A stretch of DNA of 64,000 bases from Sphyrna mokarran (lineage: Eukaryota), in the NCBI GenBank assembly GCA_024679065.1, contig JAGIQG010000013.1:23932001-23996000 (forward strand), read 5' to 3'. The translations under genes and the position numbers were made by a program. Shown in pieces: positions 1 through 14,101 of the stretch. The stretch's first letter is position 1. Each line of letters starts with the position of its first letter. The notes under the pieces were generated by a model. The model did not search any database. It was not told where the DNA came from and was given only the letters and a program-made list of their open reading frames with translations.

Positions 1-451
1 AGCTTGATACTATCCAGGGCAAAGCAGCCCATTTGATTGGCACCATATCCACAAACATTCAATCCCTCTATCACTGATACTCAGTAGCAGTAATGTGTAT
101 TATTGACAAGATCATTGCAGCAATTCACCAAATATCCTTAGACAGCACCTTCCAAACCCATGACCACTTCCATCTACAAGGACAAGGGAAGCAGATAAAT
201 GGGAATACCACTGCCTGCAGGTTTCCCTCCAAGCCACTTACCCACCTGACTTGGAAATATATTACTATTGCTTTGCAGTCATTGGATCAAAATCCTGGAA
301 TTCCCTCCCGAATGGCATTGTGGGTCTATCCATGGCACATGGACTACAGCGATTCAAGAAGGCAGCTCACCACCATCTTCTCAAGGACAATTAGAGGTGG
401 GCAATAAGTGCTGGCCAGCCAGCCACGCCCACATCCCATGAATGAATAAAA
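1..451 (+). mobile_element. 3' end of a CR1/L2-group LINE (second shark family, 'gggcaataaatgctggcc...cccatgaatgaat' tail)
   Basis: Degenerate LD.IQ.KA..LIG and WNSLP motifs typical of LINE ORF2 C-termini. The same tail recurs reverse-complemented at ~17100, 23975 and 26470. Confidence 0.7.
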
Positions 452-1214
452 CAAATTTCAAAGTCTCTTACAATTGGAAGACTACCTTGTTCATGTCACT
501 CATTGGCAATCAGGTTCAAGGCTGACATAATTTCATGCTGGTGTGATGCAAGACTGGAAAGCATGACAGGATGCTGGTGGGCAACTGTTTCAACGGACAT
601 TCATGAGCTGCAAATGAATTCAATTGGCATTCACGCTACTTGTCAGCGGGAAGCCTGACCCATCATTAACCCACCATTGGAATTGCATTTTACACCAGCA
701 GGTTTTTGTCTCTTGCTAGATTGACCGCTAGCTAGATTCACTGCAACGGGACCAGAGAATGCCGTTGACGTGAACAGTTGGGAAATTCCGACCACAATTT
801 TTAATTCCATAGTCTTTCCTCTTTATCCAAGCTTGTGAATTCTGTGACATTTAGCGTTGCAGTAATTTGTGCAACATCTGCATTTCAGTAACTTCCCCAA
901 ACAGCCAGTCAACTTCTGAGCCTGAATGTTGGCAGAATTAAGACCATTTGAAAATGGTGTGAGATGGCAATAGGCATTGCACCTTGCCTTCCCTCATTGA
1001 CTACATATTCTACATTGTAGTAGATTCATGGGATAGTGACCAGAGGTCTTCTGCTTTCCAGATAGCGACTATTGCTTGTGGTGCTCTCCCCACCAGAGAA
1101 CAGTGAAATTTGATTTTTAATTCAGCTTTGCATGGTAGTTAGAATTACCTACTGTCTTCAAATTAGAACACAGATTAAAAAAAAATTCTCCCTGCTACAG
1201 GCACTTCGGGGGGG

Positions 1215-1532
1215 GGGGTGCGCACAGTGGTTAGTACTGCTGCCTCATAGAACCAGGGACCTGGGTTTGATTCCCAGCTTGGATCACTGTCTGTGTAGAG
1301 TTTGCACATTCTCCCAATGTCTGCATAGGTTTCCATCGGGTGCTCTAGTTTCAGTCCAAAAATGTGCAGGTTAGGTTGATTGACCGTGCTAAATTGTTGC
1401 TTGAGTGTTGGAAATGTCAGGGAGATTGGTAGGTAATATATGAGGTTACAGTGATAGGGCCTGGAAGGGATTGTTGTTAGTGCAGACTTGATGGGCCAAA
1501 TGGTCTCCTTCTGCACTGCAGGTGTTCTCTGT
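1215..1532 (+). mobile_element. HE1-type tRNA-derived V-SINE, HER1/CR1-type tail
   Basis: tRNA-like head (cagtggttag..ctgctgcctca; gggtttgattcc), V-domain core, tail gggccaaatgg..tccttctgcactg. Confidence 0.85.
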
Positions 1533-1751
1533 ATTCTAAGTGCTGTTTGTTCCAAGATCGTGTCCACTATTACTGTCTTACAGTTATATGTATTAACATA
1601 CTTCAGTTGTTTCCTGTTTGTTGTTCCAATTGGAACTTAAATGAAAGTGCAGCAAATGATACATAATGTGCCGTATAGCAAATGTCTATTTGGATTTGTT
1701 ACAGATGATAGCTGGCCAAAAAAGAATGAAGATTTTCTGCTATAAAGGTTA

Positions 1752-2045
1752 AAGCTTATTTATTAGCGTCACAAGTTGGCTTGCATGAACATTGCAATGA
1801 AATTACTATGAAAATCCCCTAGTTGCCCCCCACGTTCTGATGCCTGTTCGGGTACACAGAGGGAGAATTTAGCATGGCCAATGCACAATTTAGCATGTCT
1901 TTTTGGGCTGCGGAAGGAAACCGGAACACCCGGAAGAAACCCACACAGACACAGAGAACATGCTGTCTCCACAACAGACAGTGTCCCGAGTTGGGTATCA
2001 AATCTGACTCCCTAATGTTATGAGGCATCAGTGCTAACTACCAAG
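1752..2045 (-). mobile_element. HE1-type SINE, alternative tail
   Basis: Reverse complement of the SINE head/core with the 'ggggattttca..gtaa..tcattgca' tail. Confidence 0.8.
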
Positions 2046-2196
2046 CAAGGAGGCAGCAGGAAAATTGGTGGGTCATCCAACTGAGTCACGCGTGGTGAAT
2101 TGTTGAGCCATGCTTGGTTTGACTTCAGCAGTGAGACCGGGATGTTTACCTATCAGTGTTTTGGAGTTTGCTGTTTTGAATAGTGCTGACCGACAT

Positions 2197-2510
2197 TCAT
2201 AGAATCCTACAGTGCAGAAGGAGGCCATTCAGCCCATCAAATCGACACTGGTCACATTCTCACTCAGGTCTGATCCCCATAATCTCATGCACTTACTCTA
2301 GCTCATCTCTCTGACACTGAGAGACAATTTAGCACAGCCAATCAACCTAACCTGCACATCTTTGGACTGTGTGAAGAAACTGGCACCTGGAGGTAACCCA
2401 TGCAGACATGGGCAGAATGTGCAAACTCCACACAGACTGTGACCCAAGCCAGGAATCGAATCCGGCACTCTGGCACTGTGAGGCAGCAGTGCTAACCACT
2501 GTGCCACCCC
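2197..2510 (-). mobile_element. HE1-type SINE, HER1-type tail
   Basis: catagaatcc..cagtgcagaaggaggccattc ... gcagcagtgctaaccactgtgcc. Confidence 0.85.
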
Positions 2511-3449
2511 TTGAAAGATATGGTTTTCAAAATTCTGCTGCTGGCTTTCCGAGTTTTCTGCTGTTGATTGTGGGGGGGTGGGAAATAGCAATTTGAAAGA
2601 ATCCTTATTGCTCTGATGTCAGCAATGTGGGATTGGTGCCAAGATGCATGTGCTGAGCACATGCCTTAGCAAAGCCTTGATGAATCTCTGAATTCAGCAC
2701 TGCATTAAGTAATGGCCCACTCCTTATAGCTCCCTCATGGATGGCTGAAAAGATCCTGAGAAATAAATATTCAAAGCTGTGGTCACTTGCACCGTACTTG
2801 CCTCTTGCTTGGATCACACTTAAAGTTTTGTGTAAATAATTGGTTCTGAAGTGGTAGACAAATTCCTGTCGATACCAGAAAGCTATCAGGGTCTGGTTTA
2901 TTTTAAAAAAAAACACTTCTTTCTGTCAGTTTTTTTTAAATCAGTTTCTGTAAAGGGTAGTTAAGAAATAAGAGTCATGTAAAATCCTGTCAGGACTCTG
3001 AGGCAAAATTTTCTCTCCCAAAATTTGGATGGATTTGTGTCAGGATAATATAATATTAAAACCTCAAACTGGAACCCAATTTTCTTTGAACCCACTCACC
3101 TCCAGGACAGGGAGGCAGCTCACTCATTTATAAATTTTATAAATAAACAAGCCTCAGATAATTTTTGTATCTAGTTTAACACTAATTAGCCGAATTCTCT
3201 GAGCCTCAGAGAAACGTGACAAAATGTCCAGCAAGGGCTATGACATGGACCAGGTAAATACCTGTGAGAGTCAGATGGTCTCTCCTGGAACACCCAGCAA
3301 ACCTATTAGCCTCTCCAGTGACCCTGACGCCTTTCCATTCACTCGACCTCTCATAGTCCAATACTCTTTTAGTGTCCTTCAATCTGGCCAATGTTCCTCC
3401 TACCCTCAATCTCTTCAGCCACCCCATCGAAGCTCTACCACTCCGTGTC

Positions 3450-3925
3450 ATAAGAACGTAAGAACATAAGAAATATCTAGCCCTTCAAGCCTGCTCCACC
3501 ATTCAATAAGATTATGGCTGATTTGAATTGGATCAGTTTCACTTTCCTGCTTTCTCCCCACAACCTTAATTCCCTTGTCTATCAGAAATCTATCTACCCG
3601 TGACTTAAATATATTCAACGAGGTAGCCTCCACCATTTCAATGGGCAAAGAATTCCAGAGATTCACCACCCTGTGAGTGAAGAAATGTCTCCTCAATTCC
3701 GTTCTAAACTGCGCCCCCCCCCCCATTTTGAGGTTGTGCTCTCTAGTTATTTTTTCCTTTCTAAGTGGAAAAAATCTCTCTAACTCTACCCTATCTAGCC
3801 CCTTCATTATCTTGTAAGTCTCTATAAGATCCCCCCTTAGCCTTCTAAACTCTAACGAGTACAGACCGAGTCTATTTAATCTCTCCTCATAAGCTAACCC
3901 CCTCATCTCCAGTATCAGCCTGTTA
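3450..3925 (-). mobile_element. CR1/HER1 LINE 3' fragment
   Basis: ORF 3448-3963 has MRGLAYEERLNRLGLYSLEFRRLRGDLIETYKIMKG...VVNLWNSLP; microsatellite-like tail (aagaacat repeats). Confidence 0.9.
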
Positions 3926-4820
3926 TCCCCTTCCTCCCCCCCAATCTGTCCTCGTCTCATCACTGTTCCTGAGCTGCAGCTTGGTGCTGAAAGCCTGTCT
4001 GCTCGAGGGCCGAGTCAGCCAACTGGCTCCTCAACTTAGTCACTTGGGGCCAGAAAATAGATTCCTAAGAATGTAATCAGGTCCCACCATTAAATTCAGT
4101 TGAACAAGAGGGAAATCAGTTTCTCCTGATTGAAAAATTGCCATCGCACAATTCACTCCTTTTCTGCCTCCCTATTAACATTAGTGCCTCAGTTTTAAAA
4201 TTTTATTACATTACTTGCCACTCTGTTGGTACATTGAAGACTAACGTAGTCGGATGCCTGCAACATGCAACAGAGAATTTATTCATGGTGCCTATCATAT
4301 AGAAAGGAATCACAGTGCAGGTACGATTGATAGGAAATAGTTAAACAGCCACAGAGTATAGGATATGCCCAGTAAAATCAGGCAGCACATTGACCTTTTG
4401 GAGTAATATTTAAAAGAGCAGTCATAACTTTTTTGGATGTTCAGATCACTATTCAAAGAAGGGTAAAGGAGTTTTAAAACAATAATTCCAAAAAATACTC
4501 AAAATGTATGTTCATTTATCTCTTTGCTGGGGAACCATGCTACATACATGTAAATGTTTTCCAAGCTCATTTTGTTGGAATTCTCATACATTGCTTAGTC
4601 ACTGATTTACGATTTGTCATTGTACGTTTTCCAAGGGGCCATCCATCAGGCAGTGCCACTCCCAGCTTTGGATGTTTGGCAGTGCTGTTTCAATCTCAAA
4701 AGAGCTTGAATTCAATTTGGATCAATGTCACAAATCTTCTGTCTGATGGGTGCAAGGTCCAATATGAAGTCAGTTTGAGCAGCATGGTTTAATTGCTCAG
4801 TTAAAATGTTTTTGAAGAAA

Positions 4821-5390
4821 GATTTGATTTGATTTTGATTTATTATTGTTGCATGTACTAACATATAGTGAAAAGTATTGTTTCTTGCGCGCTATACAGA
4901 CAAAACGTATCGTTCATTGAGAAGGAAATGAGAGAGTGTGTTACAGTCATAGCAAGAGTGTAGAGTAAGATCAACTTAATGCAAGGTAAGTCCATTCAAA
5001 AGTCTGACAGCAGCAGGGAAGAAGCAGTTCTTGAGTCAGTTGTTACATGACTTCAGAATTTGGTATACTGTTCTCAAACGAAGAAAGTTGAAGAGAGAAT
5101 GTCTGGGGTGCAGGGGATCCTTAATTATGCTGGCTGCTTTGTCAAAGCAGTGGTAAGTGTAGACAGAGTCAATAGATGAGAGACTGGTTTGCGTGATGAA
5201 TTGGCCTACATTCACAACCTTTTATAGTTTCATACAGTCTTGGGCAGAGCAGGAGCTACACCAAGCTGTGACATAACCAGAAAGAATGCTTTCTATGGTG
5301 CATTTTTAAAAGTTAGTGAAAATCATAGCTGACATGTGAAATTTCCTTAGTCTTATGACAAAGCAGAAGCATTGGTGTAGTTGGTGGAGA
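4821..5390 (-). mobile_element. Rex1/Babar-type LINE 3' fragment
   Basis: (gattt)n tail and body shared with copies at 10375, 14708 and 34230; the 34230 copy encodes a Rex-type RT. Confidence 0.75.
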
Positions 5391-5974
5391 TGTTGAAAGA
5401 GCTATAAGCAATGCACATCAACAGAGGTGGTGGAATATCAGCAAATGACAACGGCTCGGGTTTGGTGGTAAAAGTAATGGCAGTGCTGTCAGCATCTTCT
5501 GTTGTCTGCCCGTGTGCAGGAAGTCCAGGTACTGCCATCACTGATTTCTACACTTGGGTACACTGCTATGATATGCCCCCTTCCCCCAAAAGCACAATTG
5601 ATGAGAAGTTTTATGAATCAAAGGGAACTTCCATTCTGACACTGCTAGTTTGTCTATACAAACTCTGGGAAAGGTTACATCTGTGACTGAAGTGTAACTT
5701 GGTTTTTAACAGCATGTTAACTTAATAATTACTACCAAATACCCTTACGGGCCTGAGAAACTAGTTTTATGGAATAACAGATGCTTTGATAATAAAAAGA
5801 AAGTACATATTTAAAACAATTAGACCTTTAATGTTTTACTAGTTTCTATCTTAATTAAATCAATTATTTTGCTGTCTACACATTTCAATGTTAATTAAAG
5901 GATTTTAAGTGCTTTTTAGCCTTTCTGGTTCACTGCTCGTGAATACTTCAGTGTGATTGGTTGCTTACATCCTT

Positions 5975-6330
5975 GCAGCATAGATAAAGTAGATAGTTAA
6001 CATCTTTTCCCAAAGGTAGGGGAATCTAAAAGTAGAGGGCATAGGGTTAAGGTGAGAAGAGAGAGATACAAAAGGATCCAGAGACAGATACAAAAGGATG
6101 CAAAAGATTCACGTAGAAAGCGGTGAGCATCTGGAACAAATTGCCAGAGGTAGTAGTAGAGACGGGTACAATTTTAACTTTTAAAAAGCATTTAGATAGT
6201 TACATGTGTAAGATCGGTGTAGCGGGATATATGTCAAATGCGGGCAATTGGGATTATCTTAATGGTCAAACTGGGCAGCATGGACAATTTGGGCCAAAGG
6301 GTATGTTTCCATGCTCTAAAGCTCTATACC
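5975..6330 (+). mobile_element. CR1 LINE 3' fragment
   Basis: IWNKLPEVVVETGTILTFKKHLD motif; internal 14-bp duplication agatacaaaaggat. Confidence 0.85.
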
Positions 6331-6474
6331 AAAGTATACGCTTGACTTGGAACCAGATTTAAAACTGTGGCGTGGAGAGAAGAAAACCATGTCATTAAGA
6401 CACCAGGCAGCTTTTTTCTGTTACTTTTCACTGACCACGAAATCTGGCTTGCAGCACTTTTTACAGCAACATGG

Positions 6475-6762
6475 GGGTGGCATGTGGCACAATGATTAGC
6501 ATTGCTGCCTCTCAGCGCCGAGAACCTGGGTTCCATTCCTGGCTGGGGTCACCCTCTGTGTGGATCTGCACATTCTCCCCATGTCTGCGTGGGTTTCCGC
6601 CAGGTGTTCACCTTCCTCCCATGGTCCAAAAAATGTGCTGGTTAGGTCATTGGCCGTGCTACATTCTCCCTCAATTTATCTGAACAGTCACTGGAGCTGT
6701 TTTCACAGAAACATCATTGCAGTGTTAATGTAAGCTACTTGTAAGTCATAAATAAACTTTAA
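6475..6762 (+). mobile_element. HE1-type SINE, alternative tail
   Basis: Head/core plus tail cattgcagtgttaatgtaag...aataaacttt. Confidence 0.8.
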
Positions 6763-8307
6763 TTTGTAAGCGTTAACATTGAAGCTTTAATTCTAAAGCT
6801 TAAGTAATGAGTAGCTTGCCTTCTCCGCAAGAAAAATCCAATTGAAGGTAGTAAAGTTATGTTGGGGAATAGGAGGAGGTCAAACTGCGCTCATAGTAAA
6901 TAAATAGAGATGGTAAAACTGTCAGTCAGAAAGAGGGGACCTGTGATTGTCTGAAATCGGCACCATTGCTGATGGGATTTCTGCAGAGCAACCTGTTGCA
7001 AAAGAAGTAAACTGTTATGCTGCTATCCAGCATCTTTAATATTTCACATCAACGGTGACGAATGGTAAAAATGCTGTGAATTTTGGCCTCTACTTTTGTT
7101 TAACTTTTTTCCTGAAAATAAACGTTGGGTTTTGACAGACTGCCACCACTGCGCACCAGAAAACAGTGATCTCATTGTGACTTCTGGAAGCACATGGCAG
7201 AACTACATTCAAATGATTGAGGGGCACGATGTGCTGAGCAGATGTAAAAACCTTGTGATTCATGATCTTCAGAAGTAAAGTTATGTTTTTTGCATGCAGT
7301 TGCATTGCCTCTAAAAGTGATGCACTATGCCTTATATTTTCTTATGAATAGGGAACTATTTGAGAAATGCAATGGCTGTTTCTATTTTAGTTATTTGGCC
7401 AAGAGTGGTGTTTTCATTACTCTTTATGTGAGTGCACACAGATCCTAAACTGTACCAGGAAAAGGGAGGGAGGGTAGGGAGGAATTATCAACATTATTCA
7501 CTATAATTAAAGCTTCATACTCCAATTTGACAAGGCCTTTGAGGGCTTGAAAATCAAATTAAATTAAAAATAAACAGTGTTATATATGTTATAAATAAAG
7601 CATTCGCATTGATAAAATACTTTTGATAGACTGAAACTCAGGGCAGTGTTTTTTTTCTGGCAAGAAATGCATTGCTTAATTGCTTTTAAAAGTGGCAAAG
7701 GCTTTGAAAATAACCATTTTAAAGTGAGCCTCAGGCTAGTGGTGTTATATGGCGCACATTGCCATTTGTGAGAACACACAAGGAGAGACTCTGCATGGCG
7801 AAAATGAGAGAAGTAGCAAATAAGTGTTACTTTACAGGAACACATGAAGTGCGTGGCACATGCAAAGTTTTCATGCATTTCTTGCTTAAGTTCTGTGGCT
7901 TGCAAGCATTGAGGCAGATCCTAAGAGTGGGAGGGTCCTCGGATGTTGCATCATTGGGAATACAATTTTAAGATTTTATTGAAACTGGGAGAGGATTTTT
8001 GCATTCTGGGAACAAAGGAAGGATTCTGTGCCAGCAGTCAGAAAGACCCAGACCCAATGGAGGGGCAGAATCCAGCAGCATTGGGGGTATTTCACGGCCT
8101 CAGTATATTGGATGCCTATCAAATGGGGGCAAGACTGAACATGGCTCTTTTTAGACCAACAGGAATCAACATCATCTTCTTATTGTCGGCCATCGAAGCA
8201 GTTTATGAGTTGATGAACTCTCTATCAGTATGCCTGCCGATGTAATGTCCTCAACAACATTTTGTGAATCAAATTATCACATTAAAATGCAAAGGAGTTT
8301 AATGTTC

Positions 8308-8610
8308 CTTCAGTGCAGAAGAAGGCCATTCGGCCCACTGAACCTGCACCAAAAATAATCCCACCCAGGCTCTATCCCCTTAACCCACGTATTTATTCTG
8401 CAAGAACCCCTGACACTAAGGGACAATTTAGCATGGCCAATCAACCTAACTTGGGCTTCTTGGGATGAGGGAGGAAACCAAAACATCCATAGGAAACCCA
8501 CATATATACAGGGAGAATGTGGAAACTCCAGACAGACAGTGACCCAAGGCCAGAATTGAACCGGTGCTATGAGACAGCAGTGCTAACCACTGTGTCACCA
8601 TGCTGCCCAG
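8308..8610 (-). mobile_element. HE1-type SINE
   Basis: Reverse-complement head, core and HER1-type tail. Confidence 0.85.
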
Positions 8611-8929
8611 ATCATACAATTGCTTCTCAAGAGATGTTTTTAACCAGTTGAAGTGCTTGTCGTGGTTGACATTGAATTCCTTCAATTAGTATATATCATT
8701 AAAACAGCTGAAATACCTTTTCACGTATTCTAGAAAAATGCATTCTCGGTGTAGAATCTTTGTCTTGCTTTCTAAACATTAACAGATAGATCACATGTTG
8801 TCTGTGCTCTAAAACTGAACAGTTACTAATAGAGAAAAGAGCAGGTCATATTTTGAATATGAAACCTTCCCGAAATAACCCATCCGACCACATACATGCG
8901 CGGTAACGATTCCGTGGTTCTATTTTAAA

Positions 8930-9790
8930 GCAGCTGACGACACCAAGTTATTTGGGAAAGTATATTGTGAGGAGGCTGCAAAAGGAGTTGGATAGGCTAA
9001 GTGAATGGACAAGAGTACAGATTGAACAAAATGTGGAGAAATGTTCAATTTATTGTATTCATTCATGGGCGTCACTGGCTGGGCCAGCATTTATTGCCTA
9101 TCCCTAGTTACCTGAAGGAAATTGAGAGTCATCCACATTGCTGTGGCTCTAGAGTCACTTGTGGGCCAGACCCAGTAAAGACAGCAGATCCCCTTCCCTA
9201 AAGGACATTAGTGAACCAGATGGGTTTTTCCAACAATCAATAATAATTTTGTGATCATCAGCAGAGTCTTAATTACAGATGTTTTTCTTATTGAATTCAA
9301 TTTCTACCATCTGTCGTGACAGGATTGGAACCTGGATCCCCAGAACATGAGCTGGGTTTCTGGAATAATGGTCTGGTGATAATGAGTTGCTCCCCCTTTA
9401 ATCCCATTTGGTATAAAAATGGAAAAGCAAAATATTTTTTAAGTTGGTGGAAGACTGGTAAGACTTGTTTCCCCCGGCAGAGGGGTCAATTACCAAGAGG
9501 CACAGATTTAAGGTGATTGGTGAAGGATTAGAGGGGACATAAGGAAAAATGTTTCCATCTAGAGGATGGGGGGTATCTGGATTTGCTGCCTGACTTGGTG
9601 GTTAAGGCTGAAACACTCAACTCATTTAAAAGGTACCTGGATCTGCATTGAAGCACTGGAATCTGTAAGGATATGGACCACGATCTGGAAAGTGGGATTA
9701 TCATGAGCAGTTAGTTTTATTTTTCTTATTGGCAGCACAGCCACAATGGGCTGAACGGTCTCTTACTGCACTGAAACTTTTCTATATATT
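8930..9790 (+). mobile_element. Degenerate CR1 fragment interrupted by a SINE
   Basis: gctgacgacaccaag (ADDTK) at 8931; the CR1 3' end resumes after 9390. Confidence 0.7.
9055..9385 (-). mobile_element. Second tRNA-derived SINE family (tail shared with the LINE at 1-451)
   Basis: Reverse complement of the copy at 47745-48090. Confidence 0.75.
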
Positions 9791-10374
9791 CCTTCCTTTA
9801 CTAATACTTCCTTTACTCCACCTCCCCCTTGTTTATTCTGTTCCTCATAAAATTGTTACAACTTGATATGCTTATTTTCACTCACTCTTGCATAGTTTGC
9901 AGCCAAGTTTATATTATTGCTATTAATTCTATACCTTCCTGTGACATAATTGCTTGTAATTGCCCAGTTTAATTCCCATACTCAAATAGTGCCATGTAAG
10001 CAGTTTCTTCTGCTCTGTTGAAAGGAGAATGAAGGGTCTTAAAGCTAATCTTTTTTATTTTGTTTTCTTCATCCCTATATTCCCTGCCAACTACCAATGG
10101 GATTTTATGACGTTTCTCGGGTGAGATCGTCAAATCCCACTCCGAGGCCAAGGGGAATTTCCATTCTGTGAGCTTTGCCCGCCCTGATTCTGGGACAGGT
10201 GATGTGGTAAAATTTGGACCTATTTCTCCATTGTTTTGTCCCCACGGTTCCTTTATTCTTGCTGCATACTATCCTTTTGGCCAAATACTTTTAAAATCTG
10301 TTTCTATCTTCTATTCTCCCCTTTGTTTTCTTGTTCATTTTTTCCTAGTTTCATTTGACACATGTCCTTATCCC

Positions 10375-10975
10375 TTGATTCAATTTGATTTATTATTATT
10401 ACATGTAGTAGGATATAGTGAGAAGTATTGTTTCTTGCACGCTATACGAATAAAACATACCATTTGTAAAGTACATTGGGGAGAGGGAAAGGATAGGGTG
10501 CAGGATGTACTGCTGCAGTTACAGATACAGTAAAGAGAAAGATCAGCTTACTTTATGATAGGACCATTCAAAAGTCTGATGGCAGCAGGGGAGAAGTTGC
10601 TTTTGAAGCTGTTAATGTGTTTTCAAACTGTTGTATCTTTTCCCAGTGGGAGAAGGTAGACGAGGGAAAGTCCAGAGTGTGTGGGATCATTGATTATGCT
10701 GGCTGCTTTCCTGAATCAGTAGAAAGTGTATTTGGAGTGAATAGATGGGAGGCTTGTATTTCCTTGTAGTTTTGGTCAGAGCAGGAACCATACCAACCAG
10801 AAGGTACAACCAGGAAGAATGCTTTCTATGATGCATCTGTAAGAAATGGTGAGAGTCATAGTGGACACATCAAATTTTCTTAGCTTCCTGAGAAAGTAGA
10901 GATGTTGGTGGGTTTTCTGAGTTACAGCAGCGATGTAGCGGTCCAGGCCAGATTATTGATGATCTCAACCATGAA
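10375..10975 (-). mobile_element. Rex1/Babar-type LINE 3' fragment
   Basis: Same tail and body as 4821-5390. Confidence 0.75.
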
Positions 10976-11366
10976 AGAGCATTCACTGTCCCCAGAACAA
11001 GTGCCCATTTTACCCATTAAAATGGTAGCATATCTTCCAACATCATCTCTCTCATAAAACATTGTTTCCTAATTTCCTTGTTGACAGTCTGGGAGTTGGT
11101 GAAATAATCCAGATATTGTCACATTTTGATCCCTTACTTCATGCCATTTTCCCAATTTCTGAATATATTTTTGAGGACTGATATCACTGGGTCTCACGTA
11201 GATCATGGTTATACTGATTGGTTTACCCCTCTACAATCAGATCTTTACAGAAACCTAAGTCTGTGAAAGTTTTAACACACTCACAAACAATCTATCCAGT
11301 GATCAAGAAGGAATTTTCCAACTCTGCCCCCATCACCAGGATCATCCAGTCCCACTCAAAGTCAGT

Positions 11367-12145
11367 GGTCAGCACGATGGCACAGTGGTTAGCACTGCTG
11401 CCCCAAAGTGCTAGGGACCCGGGTTTGATTCATGGTTTGGGTCACTGTGCGGAATCTGCACATTCTCCCCGTCTGTACGTTCTCCCCATTTTCTCAGGGT
11501 GCTCCAGTTTCCTCCTGCAGTCCGAAAGCTATATTGGTTAGGTGCATTGGCCATGCAAAATTCTCCCTCAGTATCCTTACCTGAGAAAGGATATACTGAC
11601 ACAGGAGCGGGTGCAGAGGAGATTCCAGAGTTGAGAGGATTGGCTTATGAGGAAAGACTGAATACTGGGGCTATACTCATTGGAATTCAGAAGAATGAGG
11701 GGCAATCTTGAAAAAAACATATAAGATTATGAAGATAATAGATTAGATTTAAACAGGGAAGTTGTTTCCACTGGAGGGTGAAACTAGAACTAGGGGGCAT
11801 AGCCTCAAAATAAGGGGAAACAGATTTAGGACTGAGTTGAGGAGGAACTTTTTCACACAAAGAGTTGTGAATCTGTGGAATTCCCTGCCCAGTGAAGTAG
11901 TGGAGACAACCTCATTGAACATTTTTAAGGCAAGGATCAATAAATTTTTGAACAGTAAAAGAATTAAGCGTTATAGTGAGCGGATGGATAAGTGGAACTA
12001 AGTTCTCAAAAAGATCAGTCATGATCTTACTGAATGGTAGAGTAGGCTCGAGGGGCCCAATGGCCAATCTTGCTCCTAGTTCTTATGTCCTTTTGTATCC
12101 GAACAGGCACCGGACTAAGGGATTTTCACAGTAACTTTGCTGCAC
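11367..12145 (+). mobile_element. HE1-type SINE (alternative tail) split by a CR1 insertion
   Basis: SINE runs to ...ctccctcagtatcc (11576) and resumes gtatccgaacagg (12095). Confidence 0.8.
11575..12094 (+). mobile_element. CR1 LINE 3' fragment nested in the SINE
   Basis: RGHSLKIRGNRFRTELRRNFFTQRVVNLWNSLP; gtatcc repeated on both flanks. Confidence 0.9.
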
Positions 12146-12874
12146 AACGTGGCTGGAAAATCCCGACTATAGCTAATACAAGGTGAGATGGATTGTCACT
12201 GTCAGGGCGAGGACTCCAGTAGAGATGTGAATGCAAAAGCAGCATTGGAAGAGGGAGTTGATTCTCAGCCATCACTAACTCACCACTAGCATCTGCATTC
12301 ACTCAAAAAAAGACAAAACATTTTTAAAGCATGCTGATCTATCCAGCTGCATGTGGAGGAACATCTGAGGCTGCAATACATGAAATTAGGTAGCCTGTGG
12401 AATTATAAACAGATCCTCGAGAGATCCCTATGGAATCCCCTGCATTTACTTCTAATGGAGCATCATTTAAAATAGGGCAGGAGAAAGAACAAAATGCAGT
12501 AATTGAAATTTTCTTGACGGCATGTTCTGTACGGTGTCCTCTGTAAATGCAGACTCTCATCTTTCATTTTAGGCAATAAAACATCTGGTCAAAAATAATG
12601 TGATGGTTAAAAAGAATAGTTCTGTCTACATTAAATCGCATTTATGCATGTAAGTGAACTCTATACAAACAGCTGTTTAAAGTGTAAATTTAAATGAATT
12701 GATCTGTGCTATTCAATTTTTTTTGTAGTAACCATTATCGGTCCTCCTGAAAACACCAAGCAGACTTGAGATGAACTAAATAAACTTGAGATAAACTCTG
12801 TGGAATGGTTAATTTTAAAATATGGAGCACAAATGAATTTTGTCTGTTTTGTTAATTCAATTTTATTGGCAATT

Positions 12875-13447
12875 TCATGGAATTTTGTCCTTCATTACTA
12901 AAGAGATGAAGTTTAAAAACAGCGAGATTATGTTGCAGCTGTATAAAGTGCTGGTGAGGCCACACCTGGAGTACTGTGTACAGTTTTGGTCTCCTTACTT
13001 GAGAAAGAATATACTTGGAGGGGGTGCGGAGGAGATTCACTAAGTCGATTCCAGAGTTGAGAAGATTGGCTTATGAGGAGAGACCTAGTAGACTGGGGCT
13101 ATACTCATTGGAATTCAGGAGAATGAGGGGAGACCGTATAGAAGTATAAAATTATGAAGGAATAGATAAGATAGAGGCAGCAAAGTTGTTTCCACTGACA
13201 GATGAAACTAGGGGGCATAGCCTTAAATTAAGGGGGAGCAGTTTCAGGACTGAGTTGTACATCTGTGGAATTCCCTGCCCAGTGAAGCATTTGAGACTGA
13301 ATGTTTTTAAGGCAATAATAGTTACATTTTTGAACAGTAAAAGAATTGAAGGTTATGATGAGCTGATGGGTAAGTGGAGCTGAGTCCACAAAAAGATCAG
13401 CCATGATCTTATTGACTGGCCTACCCCTGCTCCGAGTTCTTATGTTA
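12875..13447 (+). mobile_element. CR1 LINE 3' fragment
   Basis: [26 protein letters not shown] motif. Confidence 0.9.
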
Positions 13448-13784
13448 GCTGTTAACGAACATGCTACAAAAGTGCTCCTGAAGCTCTAAAAAAGTTAAAC
13501 TCGTAATTTATTTTGTTTCCTTGAACATTAAGTGAAATGCATTTGTGTATTTTTAACACCATTAATTTGTAAAAAAGACTTTCATTTATATAAGACCTTT
13601 CATAATGAAAGGACAATATAAAAGCATTTTTCAAGTGATGAAATCCTTTTGAATTGTGATCACTATTGCACTATATTAAATGCAGCAGCCAATTTGCGTA
13701 CAGTAAGCTGCCACGAGCGGGAATGCGATAACAACTTGATCATTTTTTTGATGTGACTGACAGATAAAGTAAAGAGTAAAGTTT

Positions 13785-14048
13785 ATTTATTAGTCACAAG
13801 TAAGGCTGACATTAACACTGCAATGAAGTTACTGTGAAATTCCCATCGTCGCCACAGTCCGGCTCCTATTCGGGCCAGTGCACCTAACCAGCACATCATT
13901 CAGAATGTGGGAGGAAATCAGAGCAGCCAAAAGAAACCCATGCAGACATAGGGAGAACACGCAAACTCCACACAGACAGTAACCCAAGCCAGGAAGTGAG
14001 CCCAGGTCCCTGGTGCTGTGAGGCAGCAGCGCTAACCATGTGCTACCA
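13785..14048 (-). mobile_element. HE1-type SINE, alternative tail
   Basis: aaagtttatttattagtcacaag...gcagcagcgctaacc. Confidence 0.85.
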
Positions 14049-14101
14049 TATTGGTTAAGGCAACTGGATCCTTGCACTTCTTTAAAATAGTGCCATGGAA
14101 C

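Noticed and set aside
1215-1290. tRNA genes
   Set aside because: The A/B boxes are SINE heads followed by SINE core; no full cloverleaf.
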